Source of the DNA: a virus | Strand: one strand, 5' to 3' | Virus record (IMG/VR): IMGVR_UViG_3300012205_000001 | Coordinates: 1 to 44,042 of that record | DNA length: 44,042 nucleotides | Shown here: in pieces, positions 36,547-44,042 of the stretch | Layout: each line of letters starts with the position of its first letter | Position numbering within the stretch: the first letter of the stretch is position 1 | Position numbers and translations under genes: made by a program | Notes under the pieces: model-generated | What the model saw: the letters and a program-made list of their open reading frames with translations, nothing else | Told to the model about the DNA's origin: nothing | Databases searched by the model: none

Positions 36547-36730
36547 CCGTCCCTCTTCTTCCCCTCACCCCGGAGCCCGCCAGGTGGTGGCGGCATCGGG
36601 ATGAAGCGCGGACAATAGCAGTACAGTGCGGGATTGTTAGTCCCATGCCGCTCTAATACCGGCGATACCATCTCGCGTCAATGACCAGTAAAAGTATCAT
36701 GGCGTGCGAACTGATGGCCACAGACGCAGG

Positions 36731-36892
36731 TCACGGCAAATACCTGCGCAGCCACGGCACAGTCGCAATCTCAGACAGGAATGCCGAGAAGGCTGCCACA
36801 ACGTCGGGGCAACTCTCGCGTGCTTGCTTGGCAATGGCGCCCATCACCCAACGGTTCAGCAATAGTTCAGCGACGTTTCGTGGCCGCTTCAT
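36731..36892 (-). CDS. Possible small ORF (53 aa) not in the track
   Basis: By eye: ATG overlapping the stop of 36892..37179 (TGATG), protein-like composition MKRPRNVAELLLNRWVMGAIAKQARES. Below the track length cutoff. Confidence 0.25.
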   Translation of the reverse strand: MKRPRNVAELLLNRWVMGAIAKQARESCPDVVAAFSAFLSEIATVPWLRRYLP

Positions 36893-37179
36893 CACGTCGC
36901 CTCCCTCGCGGCCCGCGCGCGCGCCATCCGGTCATGGTATCGCTTCGCCTCGCGACAGGCGGCTAGATGCTCGCGTGTCAACTGCCGTTGGTGCGCCTCA
37001 CTCTGCGCGCGACCGTGGGCATCGCAAAAGACGCAGACCCAAAGGCGTAGTGGATTGCGGCGGGTCTGCGTGCCGACGGGCGGCGTGAGGCGGATCATCG
37101 CAGCCACCAGTGCAGCCATAGCCCCACCACTACGCCGCCTCCACAACCGGAGCCGAAAAATATCATGGCTCGTAGCCAT
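36892..37179 (-). CDS. Hypothetical protein (95 aa)
   Basis: Track ORF. Confidence 0.35.
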   Translation of the reverse strand: MATSHDIFRLRLWRRRSGGAMAALVAAMIRLTPPVGTQTRRNPLRLWVCVFCDAHGRAQSEAHQRQLTREHLAACREAKRYHDRMARARAAREAT

Positions 37180-37204
37180 GATGGCAGCACGTCTTCATGG
37201 TCAG

Positions 37205-37402
37205 TCATAGCTTCCGGTTCCTGCCTATCTTGCGCGCCGCCCACCAGGCGGCCTTACAGCAGCCAGCGCAGAGCCTCACATCAACAGGGATGTCGCTGTC
37301 TTTCGGCTGCACAACCAATAGCGCCAACCGCGTGTCCGTCTCGCATGCGTGACACCATCCGCTGCGATTGGCGTGACTGCGAGCTGCGACGATGACCCGC
37401 AT
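37205..37402 (-). CDS. Hypothetical Cys-rich small protein (65 aa)
   Basis: CHAC and CAGCC motifs suggest a zinc-binding mini-protein. Confidence 0.35.
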   Translation of the reverse strand: MRVIVAARSHANRSGWCHACETDTRLALLVVQPKDSDIPVDVRLCAGCCKAAWWAARKIGRNRKL

Positions 37403-37618
37403 TCAGTTCACCATCTCTTCGCCGCCACTTTGAATCAGCGCCCGAATCCGCGCAATCAGCAACGATGACGTCTGCGCGGTTAGCAATAGCTTCTGCCTCG
37501 GCGTCTTGCCCGCCAGTAGCGTCGAATATTCGCGCTCGGTTTCCATTACGAGTTGGTGCGCTTGCTCGCGGATGGCCGGCGTGATGACGGCGCAGTCGAT
37601 GCGGATACGGGTTTTCAT
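37403..37618 (-). CDS. Hypothetical small protein (about 71 aa from internal MKTRIRIDCAV)
   Basis: Track ORF 37403..37678; internal Met at 37616-37618 overlaps the stop of the upstream ORF. Confidence 0.35.
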   Translation of the reverse strand: MKTRIRIDCAVITPAIREQAHQLVMETEREYSTLLAGKTPRQKLLLTAQTSSLLIARIRALIQSGGEEMVN

Positions 37619-38211
37619 CGCCGCCACCCGGTCTCGGCATCGGGCAGCAGATCGTACTCGTCGACGGTCGGCCGCCACGGCTCGCGCGCCTGCGTGACGG
37701 CGACGACGGATGGGCCGGCCTCATCTGACATGCGCAATATTCTCCTCTTTTCCGCTTCGGTTAGAAGACGGCTGCGTGTAGTAACGGCCGCTTCCCCTCC
37801 ACGGGCGGCCTCCGTGTCTGCTGAGGCGTTCGCCGCCGGCGGATGAGGCGAGACGAAGTCATGATGTTCTAAGCGATGCGTCGATGCAAGGCGCTGAGTA
37901 TGAATGGTGCAATTGATCATCCTGCACGACCCATGCACCGAATCTGTGCGCTTCCATCCACATGCGCATTCATCCTCGGGTGACACCGGCGCTGGCGCGA
38001 GGACAGGCTCTATTAGCTCCGTCTCGATCAACTCGGCGTATGTGTGCTCATGCTGATTCTCGATGCGCGTTGCACCGTCATGGCAGCAGTTTCCAAAGAC
38101 GAGCGCGGTCTTCTTGTCAATTGATTGGATCTGGAATGAATGAGCGAAGACGATGTTTCGCCCATCAGGGCGAAAGCGCCGAATCTGCCCGACTTCGAAG
38201 GTGATTGCCAT
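37615..38211 (-). CDS. Hypothetical protein (198 aa)
   Basis: Track ORF starting next to the stop of the Sak4-like gene; Cys/His-containing. Confidence 0.35.
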   Translation of the reverse strand: MAITFEVGQIRRFRPDGRNIVFAHSFQIQSIDKKTALVFGNCCHDGATRIENQHEHTYAELIETELIEPVLAPAPVSPEDECACGWKRTDSVHGSCRMINCTIHTQRLASTHRLEHHDFVSPHPPAANASADTEAARGGEAAVTTRSRLLTEAEKRRILRMSDEAGPSVVAVTQAREPWRPTVDEYDLLPDAETGWRR

Positions 38212-38213
38212 GA

Positions 38214-39212
38214 TCAGTCCTCTCCTGGTTGTCGTTGGTCAACGCCGTCCGCGATGGCGAGAAGCGCGGTCACCACGTTGGCGGCCTGCTGTTCGGTCAG
38301 TTCGGCGCGCGTCTTGACGCCATACTTCGTCCACAACCAATCCTTCGCCAGCGCCGGCCGCCAGCCGAGGCGTTCGATTTCGCGGCCAATCTCTTCGATC
38401 TGTTCGCGGCGCGCCGTCGGCGTATCCGGCAGTGATGCTGACTTTCCGTTGCTGACCGCCGCCCCACCGGCCGCCCAGCGCGCAAGCTGCTCGCCGGTCT
38501 CTTCGCTGAGTGGCGCCGTCTCTTTAAACATGCCGCGGAATTGCCCCGGCAGCTTGATGATTGCCTTCTCGCCCATCTCCTCACTGTGCCATGTCGGTAC
38601 GCCATCGCTGCCAGGATAGAGCAGGCAATTCGCCGTCATCTCATAGACAAATTCCTCGCCCGCAATCGGCATCCAGCCGCGCACCTTCGGCTTCGCGCCG
38701 CTGAGGTCCATCTTCTCTTTCGCGCGAAAACAGAACACGAAATTGATCGGCATCTGAAGAATTGTGTTCAGCAGGCGCCTCCGCTCGGCCTTCGGCTTCT
38801 GCCATCCGCTCATTTGCGCTTTCTCGGGCGGCACGCGCCAGAGCGCCGCGAGTCGCTGCGTCTCGGCGTCGTGCATTTCCAGCACGCCGCCGGGGCCTTC
38901 ATGCTCATGGCTCGCGCTGTCGATGACGATGGTCTGGGCCCCCTTGGCGGCGCAATGTTCAATCGCCGCCAAGTAATCCAGGGGCCCGAAGGGGGCGGCG
39001 AAGGGCAGATGACGGAATTTGAACTTGTCGGCATAGTGCAGCGCGCGACGGGCCTCCGTATCGATGACGTAGATGTCGCCACCGGCAACGCGTTGGATGC
39101 CGGTCGCCAGGCGCAGAGCGGAGAAAGTTTTCCCGGCACTTGAACTTCCAGTCAGGCCGATCAACAGCGGCGTCCGTTCTCTTTTGGCCTGGAAGTCTTC
39201 AAACGCTCGCAT
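38214..39212 (-). CDS. RecA-fold ATPase, Sak4-like (AAA_24-type) recombination protein
   Basis: Walker A LIGLTGSSSAGKTFSAL and hydrophobic strand plus acidic Walker B TIVIDSASHEHEG; size and neighbourhood (nuclease, HNH) typical of phage Sak4-like proteins. Confidence 0.6.
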   Translation of the reverse strand: MRAFEDFQAKRERTPLLIGLTGSSSAGKTFSALRLATGIQRVAGGDIYVIDTEARRALHYADKFKFRHLPFAAPFGPLDYLAAIEHCAAKGAQTIVIDSASHEHEGPGGVLEMHDAETQRLAALWRVPPEKAQMSGWQKPKAERRRLLNTILQMPINFVFCFRAKEKMDLSGAKPKVRGWMPIAGEEFVYEMTANCLLYPGSDGVPTWHSEEMGEKAIIKLPGQFRGMFKETAPLSEETGEQLARWAAGGAAVSNGKSASLPDTPTARREQIEEIGREIERLGWRPALAKDWLWTKYGVKTRAELTEQQAANVVTALLAIADGVDQRQPGED

Positions 39213-39681
39213 GTGCTCTCCTCTTTGTCCACGGCTTCCATGTCAATTCCATACCAGGAATTCCAAGTCCATGACGGCGCATGTGCTCTCCCTGGGTAAT
39301 CACTTCCAGGTTTGCCGGGGAATTGTTCGACTTGTTTCCATCGCGATGATGAACGATCTCGCCAGCGAGAAGCTTCCGCCCGAGCATCTCTTCGGCAACT
39401 ACCCTGTGTTCGTGTCGGCCCATGCGTTTTACATATCCGTCGCCCCGTCCACGTCCGCGTTGCAAGTCGCCACGTTGGGCGGCGCTCACCCGCGCCCGTC
39501 TGCACATCTCTGCGCTTCCGATAGAATGATGCCAAATGCACGACTTCGAACAGAACTTAGCCACTGGTTTGCGAGTAACAAACCCCCGAGCGCACTGGAT
39601 GCATTCACGCTCCTGGTAAGTGCGACCGTCGTCGCCCTTGAATATCCGGATTACGCGCGCCAGCCTAGAAGGGATGCTCAT
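39199..39681 (-). CDS. HNH endonuclease (likely starts at internal MSIPSRL)
   Basis: EIVHHRDGNKSNNSPANLEVITQGEHMRRHG carries the His-Asn-His catalytic arrangement. Track ORF 39199..39891 has an Arg-rich, implausible N-terminus. Confidence 0.6.
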   Translation of the reverse strand: MSIPSRLARVIRIFKGDDGRTYQERECIQCARGFVTRKPVAKFCSKSCIWHHSIGSAEMCRRARVSAAQRGDLQRGRGRGDGYVKRMGRHEHRVVAEEMLGRKLLAGEIVHHRDGNKSNNSPANLEVITQGEHMRRHGLGIPGMELTWKPWTKRRAHASV

Positions 39682-40489
39682 CGGAGACCTCCATCGCTGC
39701 GATCTGCTGGTCCATCTCCTCGGCGAGCTGCCATGGCTTGGCCTCCAGCGGCGCGGTGTTCTCGTAGCCGGGCCACTGCCGGGACCGCACGCAGGCCGCC
39801 CAACTGGCCTTTGCCCGCTTCCATTTGCGCGCGCCCAACTCACGCAGACTGCCGCCCAGGGACCGGATGTTGACCGCGTGAGGCGGCTCACATTCGACGA
39901 AAATGAACCGCATCTTGACCAGCCCGGCGAGCTCGGGATTGTTCGTTTCGACGCCCTCGACGTAGGCCGCGTGCTGGATATCGGCGCCGTAGGCCACGAT
40001 TGATCGCGTGATCGATTCGTCGCTGGCGTCGTCGCAGGTCTTCAGGTCGTAGATGATCCCATCCGGCATGATCAGGTGGTCCAGCACACCCTTGCATTCG
40101 CAGCCGTCCGATTCCCACACCTGCGTGACCTGACTCTGCCCGCGGAATTCGAGCCCGCGCGCTACGAGTCGATCGCGAATGGCCTGGACGGTCGCAGTCG
40201 CCGCCTCGAATTTATCGACCAGCACCGCAATCCGCCCAGCCGCCTCGGCGGCATCGCGCTGGTCCTTCGCCGCGTTGGTGCGCCAGTCTTTCGCATTGAT
40301 GACTTCGAGCTTGGGACCGCTGCCCAGAAGCATGGCATCGATCAATCGCCCGCGGCGCGTGGCGTCTGTCTGCTCGCCCTCCTCCGCGCCGCCGAGACGA
40401 TGTCGCTGCCACGCATGCAGCGGCGAGCGCCGCAGCAGAATGCTGGCAATCGACGGCGAGAGACGCATTGGTTCCGTTGTTTGATCCAT
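39665..40489 (-). CDS. Putative PD-(D/E)xK-type nuclease (likely starts at internal MDQTTEP)
   Basis: GIIYDLKTCDDAS resembles the D...(D/E)xK core; adjacent to the Sak4-like ATPase, as in phage recombination modules. Track ORF 39665..40798. Confidence 0.4.
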   Translation of the reverse strand: MDQTTEPMRLSPSIASILLRRSPLHAWQRHRLGGAEEGEQTDATRRGRLIDAMLLGSGPKLEVINAKDWRTNAAKDQRDAAEAAGRIAVLVDKFEAATATVQAIRDRLVARGLEFRGQSQVTQVWESDGCECKGVLDHLIMPDGIIYDLKTCDDASDESITRSIVAYGADIQHAAYVEGVETNNPELAGLVKMRFIFVECEPPHAVNIRSLGGSLRELGARKWKRAKASWAACVRSRQWPGYENTAPLEAKPWQLAEEMDQQIAAMEVSDEHPF

Positions 40490-40491
40490 GA

Positions 40492-40761
40492 TCACTCTCC
40501 CAATTCGTAATCGCCGACGAGTAGCATCTGCACCAGGTTGTTCGTCAGCTCGTCGACCTGCGCGTCGCTGATGGCCAGCGAACCGTAGGCCGGATCGCGC
40601 CGTTTCTCGATCAGCGCGCTGACGTCTGCGATCAGGCGCGCGACGAGGCGGCGAGGGCCTGGCCGTTCCATCGCCGCAATCGCAGCGAGCACGGGGGCCG
40701 ATTCGCGGAAGGGGTTCACTGACGCACCGGCCGCTTCGGACAGATGCCTTTGTGCGCACAT
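40492..40761 (-). CDS. Hypothetical protein (89 aa)
   Basis: Track ORF; its stop abuts the start of the nuclease gene. Confidence 0.35.
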   Translation of the reverse strand: MCAQRHLSEAAGASVNPFRESAPVLAAIAAMERPGPRRLVARLIADVSALIEKRRDPAYGSLAISDAQVDELTNNLVQMLLVGDYELGE

Positions 40762-40894
40762 AGCGACCGTTTAGCGCCCGCCAGACCGCCATGCACATCG
40801 CAGCGGAAATAGGTGTCGCTGCAATACGGGCAGCAGACGCATGACGTGTTGGGCGAGCAGGGCTTCTTTATGCTGCCCTTGTTACAGGGGCGCA

Positions 40895-41110
40895 TCACGA
40901 TTGCACCCCCATCGCCGCCGGTTGCCACTCGCCCAGGATGATCATGCCCTCCCAAAATAGCGCACATCGCGCGTGGACCCTGGTCCCGGCGACGATCAGC
41001 AGCGCGCCATCGATGTCGGTCAGGCATGCTTCGCAGGTGTCGGGTATGGCGAGTGAGCAAACGCCGCAGCTGGTACCGCAGCAGGACGGGGCGCAGTCAG
41101 CGTAGGTCAT
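40895..41110 (-). CDS. Hypothetical Cys-rich small protein (71 aa)
   Basis: CAPSCCGTSCGVCSLAIPDTCEAC; overlaps 40716..41060 in another frame, so only one is likely real. Confidence 0.3.
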   Translation of the reverse strand: MTYADCAPSCCGTSCGVCSLAIPDTCEACLTDIDGALLIVAGTRVHARCALFWEGMIILGEWQPAAMGVQS

Positions 41111-42273
41111 GTGTCACTCTCCGCCGCGCATGCCTTGATGTCTTCCAACGCCCGTTCATTGCTCGCGAAAAAATGCGGCACGCGGCCGGTGGATGCGCGA
41201 TAGATCATCGTCGCCGCACGCTGCGAATCATACTTCGCCTCCAACTTGGCCCCCGCTTCGCCCGCATGGACTATCGCCCAACCGCCGATACAGTGTGTCA
41301 TTGTGCAAGAGTGCCAGGTAGACATTTCGAGCCGCCCGCCGCCGCCAGTGACAGATTCCAGAATCTTGGCGTCCAGTCTATCAACCACAGGCACGTCCGG
41401 GTTGCGCTCGCGGTATTTCAGCATCCGCGCGCGACGGGCCGCCTTGACTTCTTCGGGCGTCGTCGGGCGGACGTATGGCTTCGCTGGATCTGAGACCGGA
41501 ATGGTTATGCCTATGGCGCCGTCGAGGCTGGCGCCGACGAGGCTGGCGCCGTCGAGGTTGGCGCCGACGAGGCTGGCGCCGTCGAGGTTGGCGCGGCCGA
41601 GGCTGGCGCCGACGAGGCTGGCGCCGACGAGGCTGGCGCCGTCGAGGTTGGCGCCGTCGAGGCTGGCGCCGACGAGGCTGGCGCCGACGAGGCTGGCGCC
41701 GACGAGGCTGGCGCCGTCGAGGTTGGCGCCGACGAGGCTGGCGCCGACGAGGCTGGCGCCGACGAGGCTGGCGCGGCCGAGGCTGGCGCCGTCGAGGTTG
41801 GCGCCGTCGAGGCTGGCGCCGACGAGGCTGGCGCCGACGAGGTTGGCGCCGTCGAGGCTGGCGCCGTCGAGGTTGGCGCCGTCGAGGTTGGCGCCGTCGA
41901 GGTTGGCGCCGTCGAGGCTGGCGCCGACGAGGTTGGCGCCGACGAGGCTGGCGCCGTCGAGGCTGGCGCCGTCGAGGTTGGCGCCGTCGAGGCTGGCGCC
42001 GTCGAGGTTGGCGCGGCCGAGGTTGGCGCGGCCGAGGCTGGCGCCGTCGAGGTTGGCGCCGTCGAGGTTGGCGCCGTCGAGGTTGGCGCCGTCGAGGTTG
42101 GCGCCGTCGAGGTTGGCGCCGTCGAGGTTGGCGCCGTCGAGGTTGGCGCGTTTTCCGCCAACCTCGTCTCTGCGCCACATGTCGTGTAGCCGTCGGACTT
42201 CGGCCAGGTCGGCTGTCGATATCGTGCGTAGTTCCATGGTCACTCCTTGATCAAGTGTGAAATCAGCCGCCAA
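41107..42273 (-). CDS. Pentapeptide-repeat protein (about 43 consecutive A-(N/S)-L-(D/V/G)-(G/R) repeats) with C-terminal globular domain
   Basis: ANLDGANLDGANLDG...ASLVGASLDG tract; pentapeptide-repeat family signature A(D/N)LXX. C-terminal ~130 aa are non-repetitive and Cys/His-containing. Confidence 0.7.
   Translation of the reverse strand: MAADFTLDQGVTMELRTISTADLAEVRRLHDMWRRDEVGGKRANLDGANLDGANLDGANLDGANLDGANLDGANLDGASLGRANLGRANLDGASLDGANLDGASLDGASLVGANLVGASLDGANLDGANLDGANLDGASLDGANLVGASLVGASLDGANLDGASLGRASLVGASLVGASLVGANLDGASLVGASLVGASLVGASLDGANLDGASLVGASLVGASLGRANLDGASLVGANLDGASLVGASLDGAIGITIPVSDPAKPYVRPTTPEEVKAARRARMLKYRERNPDVPVVDRLDAKILESVTGGGGRLEMSTWHSCTMTHCIGGWAIVHAGEAGAKLEAKYDSQRAATMIYRASTGRVPHFFASNERALEDIKACAAESDT
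41510..42150. repeat. 15-bp tandem repeat array (units ggcgccgacgaggct / ggcgccgtcgaggtt and variants) encoding the pentapeptide repeats
   Basis: Read directly; more than 40 consecutive 15-nt units. Confidence 0.85.
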
Positions 42274-42377
42274 GCCTCGACCGCCAATTCGGCGCGTTCG
42301 GCATCAGTGCGATGCTGCTCCAGCGAGCGGATCGTCAGACTCAGGGCGCGGGATAGGATCGCGTCGGTGGTCACCGA

Positions 42378-42587
42378 TTAGTCCTCCGAGTCGACGGGGA
42401 ATCGCCCCGAATGCCCCACCCGCAGCCGGCGCAGGTCGGCATACGTCCTCACCCCGCTCTGCCATGCGACCTCGGCGACCTGACCATTGATTGCGACGAT
42501 CTCACCCTCGTCGTACTGCACCGTGTATGGCGTGCCGCCCTCGACCTTTTGCCCGATGACCATCTCTGACGCTGTGTTGTTTTTCAT
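42378..42587 (-). CDS. Hypothetical small protein (69 aa), first gene of the minus-strand early operon
   Basis: Track ORF; ATG at 42585-42587, with an A/T-rich putative promoter region just upstream. Confidence 0.4.
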   Translation of the reverse strand: MKNNTASEMVIGQKVEGGTPYTVQYDEGEIVAINGQVAEVAWQSGVRTYADLRRLRVGHSGRFPVDSED

Positions 42588-42883
42588 GATTAGAATGTAT
42601 ACCTCCCGTATAACGGCGTCAACTATTTTTCCAAACTATTTTCGGCACCGAAGATTCGCGTGTGGATCCAGGTCGTTAGGGTGACATTCTCTCGCCACGC
42701 TGATTCACGGATAAAGGCCTCATGTCGCGGGCTGCGGGCCCGGAATGCGATCAGGCCACCGGTCGTCTTGGGACGCGGGGATTTGCGTTTTTGCGGCATA
42801 CCTCATGTATTACCTTTGTCGTTGACATCGTCAAGCGGTCGTGGGACAAAAGAAACATGAAGCTACGGCGAGATAGGTGAGAC
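42588..42883. promoter_or_regulatory. Divergent intergenic control region with A/T-rich stretch and palindrome TTGACatcGTCAA (42822..42834)
   Basis: Lowest-GC non-coding stretch in the window, between the minus-strand early operon and the plus-strand genes. Candidate -35/-10 on the minus strand (TTGACG ... TATACA) and an inverted repeat with a TTGACA half-site. Confidence 0.35.
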
Positions 42884-43063
42884 GTGCTGCCCGATGCTGA
42901 ACGTGAAACTCTGGCCAGGGCCGCAAAAATCCTGGACTCGCTCCGCGAGCGTGCCGCGATCACGCACCACGGGCGCGGAGATTGCGCTTGTCGTAATTGC
43001 GATTGGGCGGCAAAGGTCGCGCTTTTCCTTCGAGCCTTGGCCACGGCCGAACGTCCGGAGTGA
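42884..43063 (+). CDS. Possible small ORF (59 aa, GTG start) not in the track
   Basis: By eye: VLPDAERETLARAAKILDSLRERAAITHHGRGDCACRNCDWAAKVALFLRALATAERPE with a Cys cluster, preceded by AGGTGAG. Just below the track length cutoff. Confidence 0.3.
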   Translation: MLPDAERETLARAAKILDSLRERAAITHHGRGDCACRNCDWAAKVALFLRALATAERPE

Positions 43064-43133
43064 ACCCTAGGCGGACACACACGATGCGCCGCTATGCCGA
43101 AGGGACTTCGGTTCCAGTCGAGAAACGCAATCC

Positions 43134-43502
43134 TTGGGCGCGGATCAGCCGCGCGCCGAATGGCCTCCCAGGCCTGCAGCAAAGGCAGGGGAAGCTGGTC
43201 CGCTGATGGCGTATCAAACCGACGCCACCCAAGCCGCCATCGTCGCCGCGCTCCGCGCTGCAGGATGTAGCGTCTGCCACATTGCGAGCGCCACCGGTCA
43301 GGCCGGCATTCCGGATCTGCTGGTCGGTCGCCGCAGCGTGAACTACCTGCTGGAGGTCAAGGTCCGCGTCGGCAAGCGCAATCCACGGTCAGCCAGTCTG
43401 TCGCCGGGCCAGGTCGAATGGCACCGGAATTGGCGGGGCGCTCCGGTATGGATCGTCACGACGCCAGAAGAGGCGCTCCGGGCGGTCGGGGTGCGGATAT
43501 GA
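43134..43502 (+). CDS. VRR-NUC domain nuclease-like protein (probably starts at MAYQTDATQ near 43206)
   Basis: GIPDLLVGRRSVNYLLEVKVRVGKRNPRSASLSPGQVEW matches the VRR-NUC pattern (G.PDL ... ExK ... Q..W). Confidence 0.5.
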   Translation: MGADQPRAEWPPRPAAKAGEAGPLMAYQTDATQAAIVAALRAAGCSVCHIASATGQAGIPDLLVGRRSVNYLLEVKVRVGKRNPRSASLSPGQVEWHRNWRGAPVWIVTTPEEALRAVGVRI

Positions 43503-43519
43503 GCACGGGTCGGTGAACA

Positions 43520-43705
43520 ATGAAACGCATCTGCACGTTTTGCGGACGGCGATTCAAACCGACCGACGGCATCGTCGGAATCGAGATGACGATCACGACG
43601 CCGACGGGCGAACCCGCGAAATTGATCATCGCCAATGCTCACGACACATGCGCCGTTGTCGCGATGCCGAAGTGGCCCCGGCGTGTCGGGAATGACGTCG
43701 CATGA
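43520..43705 (+). CDS. Hypothetical small protein (61 aa) with Cys pair
   Basis: Track ORF; MKRICTFCGRRF suggests a possible zinc-ribbon N-terminus. Confidence 0.35.
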   Translation: MKRICTFCGRRFKPTDGIVGIEMTITTPTGEPAKLIIANAHDTCAVVAMPKWPRRVGNDVA

Positions 43706-44042
43706 GCAGCCTGGCATGAAAAGCATAGTCCAGCACAGGATTAGCCGGGTCGTCACGCCCGCATGAACCGTCGCTGCGTGTAGCACCAGACCCATCCGGG
43801 ACCAAACGCGCAAAACGCCCACCGCGCTCTCACCATCATCTCGTCAGGTACGATCGGTCCGCCCTTGATCGCATCCTGGCCGCAGTCCTGGCACACGGCC
43901 CGGGTGGCCGCGTCGTCAACGCTCGATGGAGCGTCCGGCCTCACGCGACCATTGGCCGGTCAATCGTCAGCAGCGGGGCGCCCGGATGGATGATCGCCCC
44001 CACCGATCGCGCAGATTGACCCCACTGCTCGATTTGCGTCTC

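Noticed and set aside
35500-42150. Whether the two tandem-repeat regions are CRISPR arrays
   Set aside because: Units are 9 and 15 bp with no intervening unique spacers, and both are in-frame within protein-coding genes; no cas genes are present.
41246-42260. Plus-strand ORFs of 334 and 261 aa over the pentapeptide-repeat array
   Set aside because: They are alternative-frame or antisense readings of the 15-bp repeats (RLAPT / RRGW repeats); the minus-strand frame gives a recognised pentapeptide-repeat family pattern.
42751-43182. Minus-strand ORF 42751..43182 (143 aa) in the divergent control region
   Set aside because: Arg/Ser/Pro-rich and lies upstream of, not within, the minus-strand early operon; a protein-like 59-codon plus-strand ORF overlaps it.
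1-44042. Integrase, repressor or attachment site indicating a prophage, and tRNA genes
   Set aside because: No ORF showed a tyrosine or serine recombinase signature and no tRNA-like T-loop sequence (GGTTCGAATCC-type) was seen by eye; absence is not proven without tRNA and HMM scans.

Overview
The window reads as a complete, circularly assembled tailed-phage genome of about 43.9 kb from a high-GC host: positions 1-123 are repeated exactly at 43920-44042. Nearly all genes are on the minus strand, running (high to low coordinate) from an early module at 42.6-32 kb through a sugar-modification cluster, packaging, head, tail and tail-fibre genes to a lysis cassette at 2.5-0 kb. The early module includes a pentapeptide-repeat protein, a PD-(D/E)xK-like nuclease, an HNH endonuclease, a Sak4-like ATPase, a tandem-repeat protein, a DNA methyltransferase and a DnaA-domain-IV-like protein. 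Three short plus-strand genes sit at 42.9-43.7 kb, and one plus-strand Cys-rich secreted-protein gene is inserted in the tail module. No integrase, tRNA or CRISPR array was recognised. The most unusual content is a glycosyltransferase/methyltransferase cluster beside the terminase plus a further glycosyltransferase inside the head-tail module, two near-perfect intragenic tandem-repeat arrays, and a 32-bp bipartite motif repeated upstream of four late genes. All calls rest on motif recognition by eye and gene order; no database search was run. Coordinates follow the ORF track; where an internal start looked more plausible it is given in the evidence.
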